Assembly: GCA_009837285.1 (NCBI GenBank)
Contig: VXTU01000140.1
Coordinates: 1-59,420, forward strand
DNA: 59,420 nucleotides
Direction: 5' to 3'
DNA from: Chloroflexota bacterium
GTDB lineage: Bacteria > Chloroflexota > Dehalococcoidia > UBA2979
Shown: positions 59,273 through 59,420 of the stretch, piece by piece
How positions within the stretch are numbered: the stretch's first letter is position 1
Layout of the letters: each line of letters starts with the position of its first letter
Notes under the pieces: model-generated
The model's database searches: none
Told to the model about the DNA's origin: nothing
What the model saw: only the letters and a program-made list of their open reading frames with translations
Program-made: the position numbers and the translations under genes

Positions 59273-59420
59273 CCCTCACCCCAGCCCTCTCCCGCCCCGC
59301 GGGGTATCCCCGCGTCGCGGAGAGCCGAGATCGGCCTCGGCTCTCCGACCCAGCCGTGCTGCGGGAGAGGGGGCCAGATCTGATTCTCTCTCCCCCCGGC
59401 GGGGGGAGAGGGTGAGGGTG
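59273..59420. repeat. Cluster of nested REP-like palindromes of the CCCTCACCCC...CCCTCTCCCGC / GCGGGAGAGGG...GGGTGAGGG family
   Basis: Read directly. CCCTCACCCCAGCCCTCTCCCGC (59273..59295) pairs with GCGGGAGAGGG (59361..59371). The inner hairpins are CGCGGGG-TAT-CCCCGCG and CGGAGAGCCGAG-ATCGGC-CTCGGCTCTCCG. CTCTCCCCCC-GGC-GGGGGGAGAG plus GGTGAGGGTG lies at the window edge. Confidence 0.8.

Noticed and set aside
59206-59420. Fluoride (crcB-motif) riboswitch upstream of crcB.
   Set aside because: The minus-strand sequence upstream of the start lacks the conserved GGnGAUG...CCnCC...CUGAUG core. The region is instead filled with REP-like palindromes. A covariance-model scan (Rfam RF01734) would be the decisive check.

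Overview
A 59.4-kb, very G+C-rich window. Single 60-nt lines in core genes count about 77-78% G+C by hand. It is gene-dense and consists mostly of core housekeeping operons. Gene order resembles Chloroflexota (Thermomicrobia-like) or Actinomycetota, but the organism cannot be named from sequence alone. Minus-strand block 566..11290 is one long, mostly translationally coupled operon: alaS, a baseplate-J-like membrane protein, ruvX, mltG, aroE, an unknown membrane protein, aroC, an aroK-aroB fusion and acyP. Plus-strand block 11437..31946 holds glmU, a CNNM/CorC transporter, dprA-topA, xerC, aroQ-pepP-efp, xseA-xseB-formyltransferase-like, rluB, cmk-plsC, glmS, a DUF262+DUF1524 gene and a lactate permease. 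The rest holds a roughly 1030-aa polytopic membrane protein downstream of ppdK, a DsbA-like protein, dgt, dnaG-rpoD, two FmdB zinc-ribbon paralogs, mazG, pcrA, tRNA-Phe, msrA, F420/flavin-type oxidoreductases, two PaaI thioesterases, a GNAT fusion and crcB. Accessory content is limited. It comprises two VapBC-type modules, an orphan HicB-like gene inside an inverted duplication at the left edge, and a REP-like palindrome family. The clearest foreign insert is a low-GC single-gene islet directly downstream of glmS (28400..30350), encoding a stand-alone GmrSD/BrxU/SspE-like DUF262+DUF1524 protein. That islet is my best candidate for a system of interest, although its domain family is already known. 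No CRISPR array, transposase, integrase or rRNA was seen. All calls come from reading the translations and the DNA by eye. No database search was possible, so family names are recognition-based and start codons are partly inferred.
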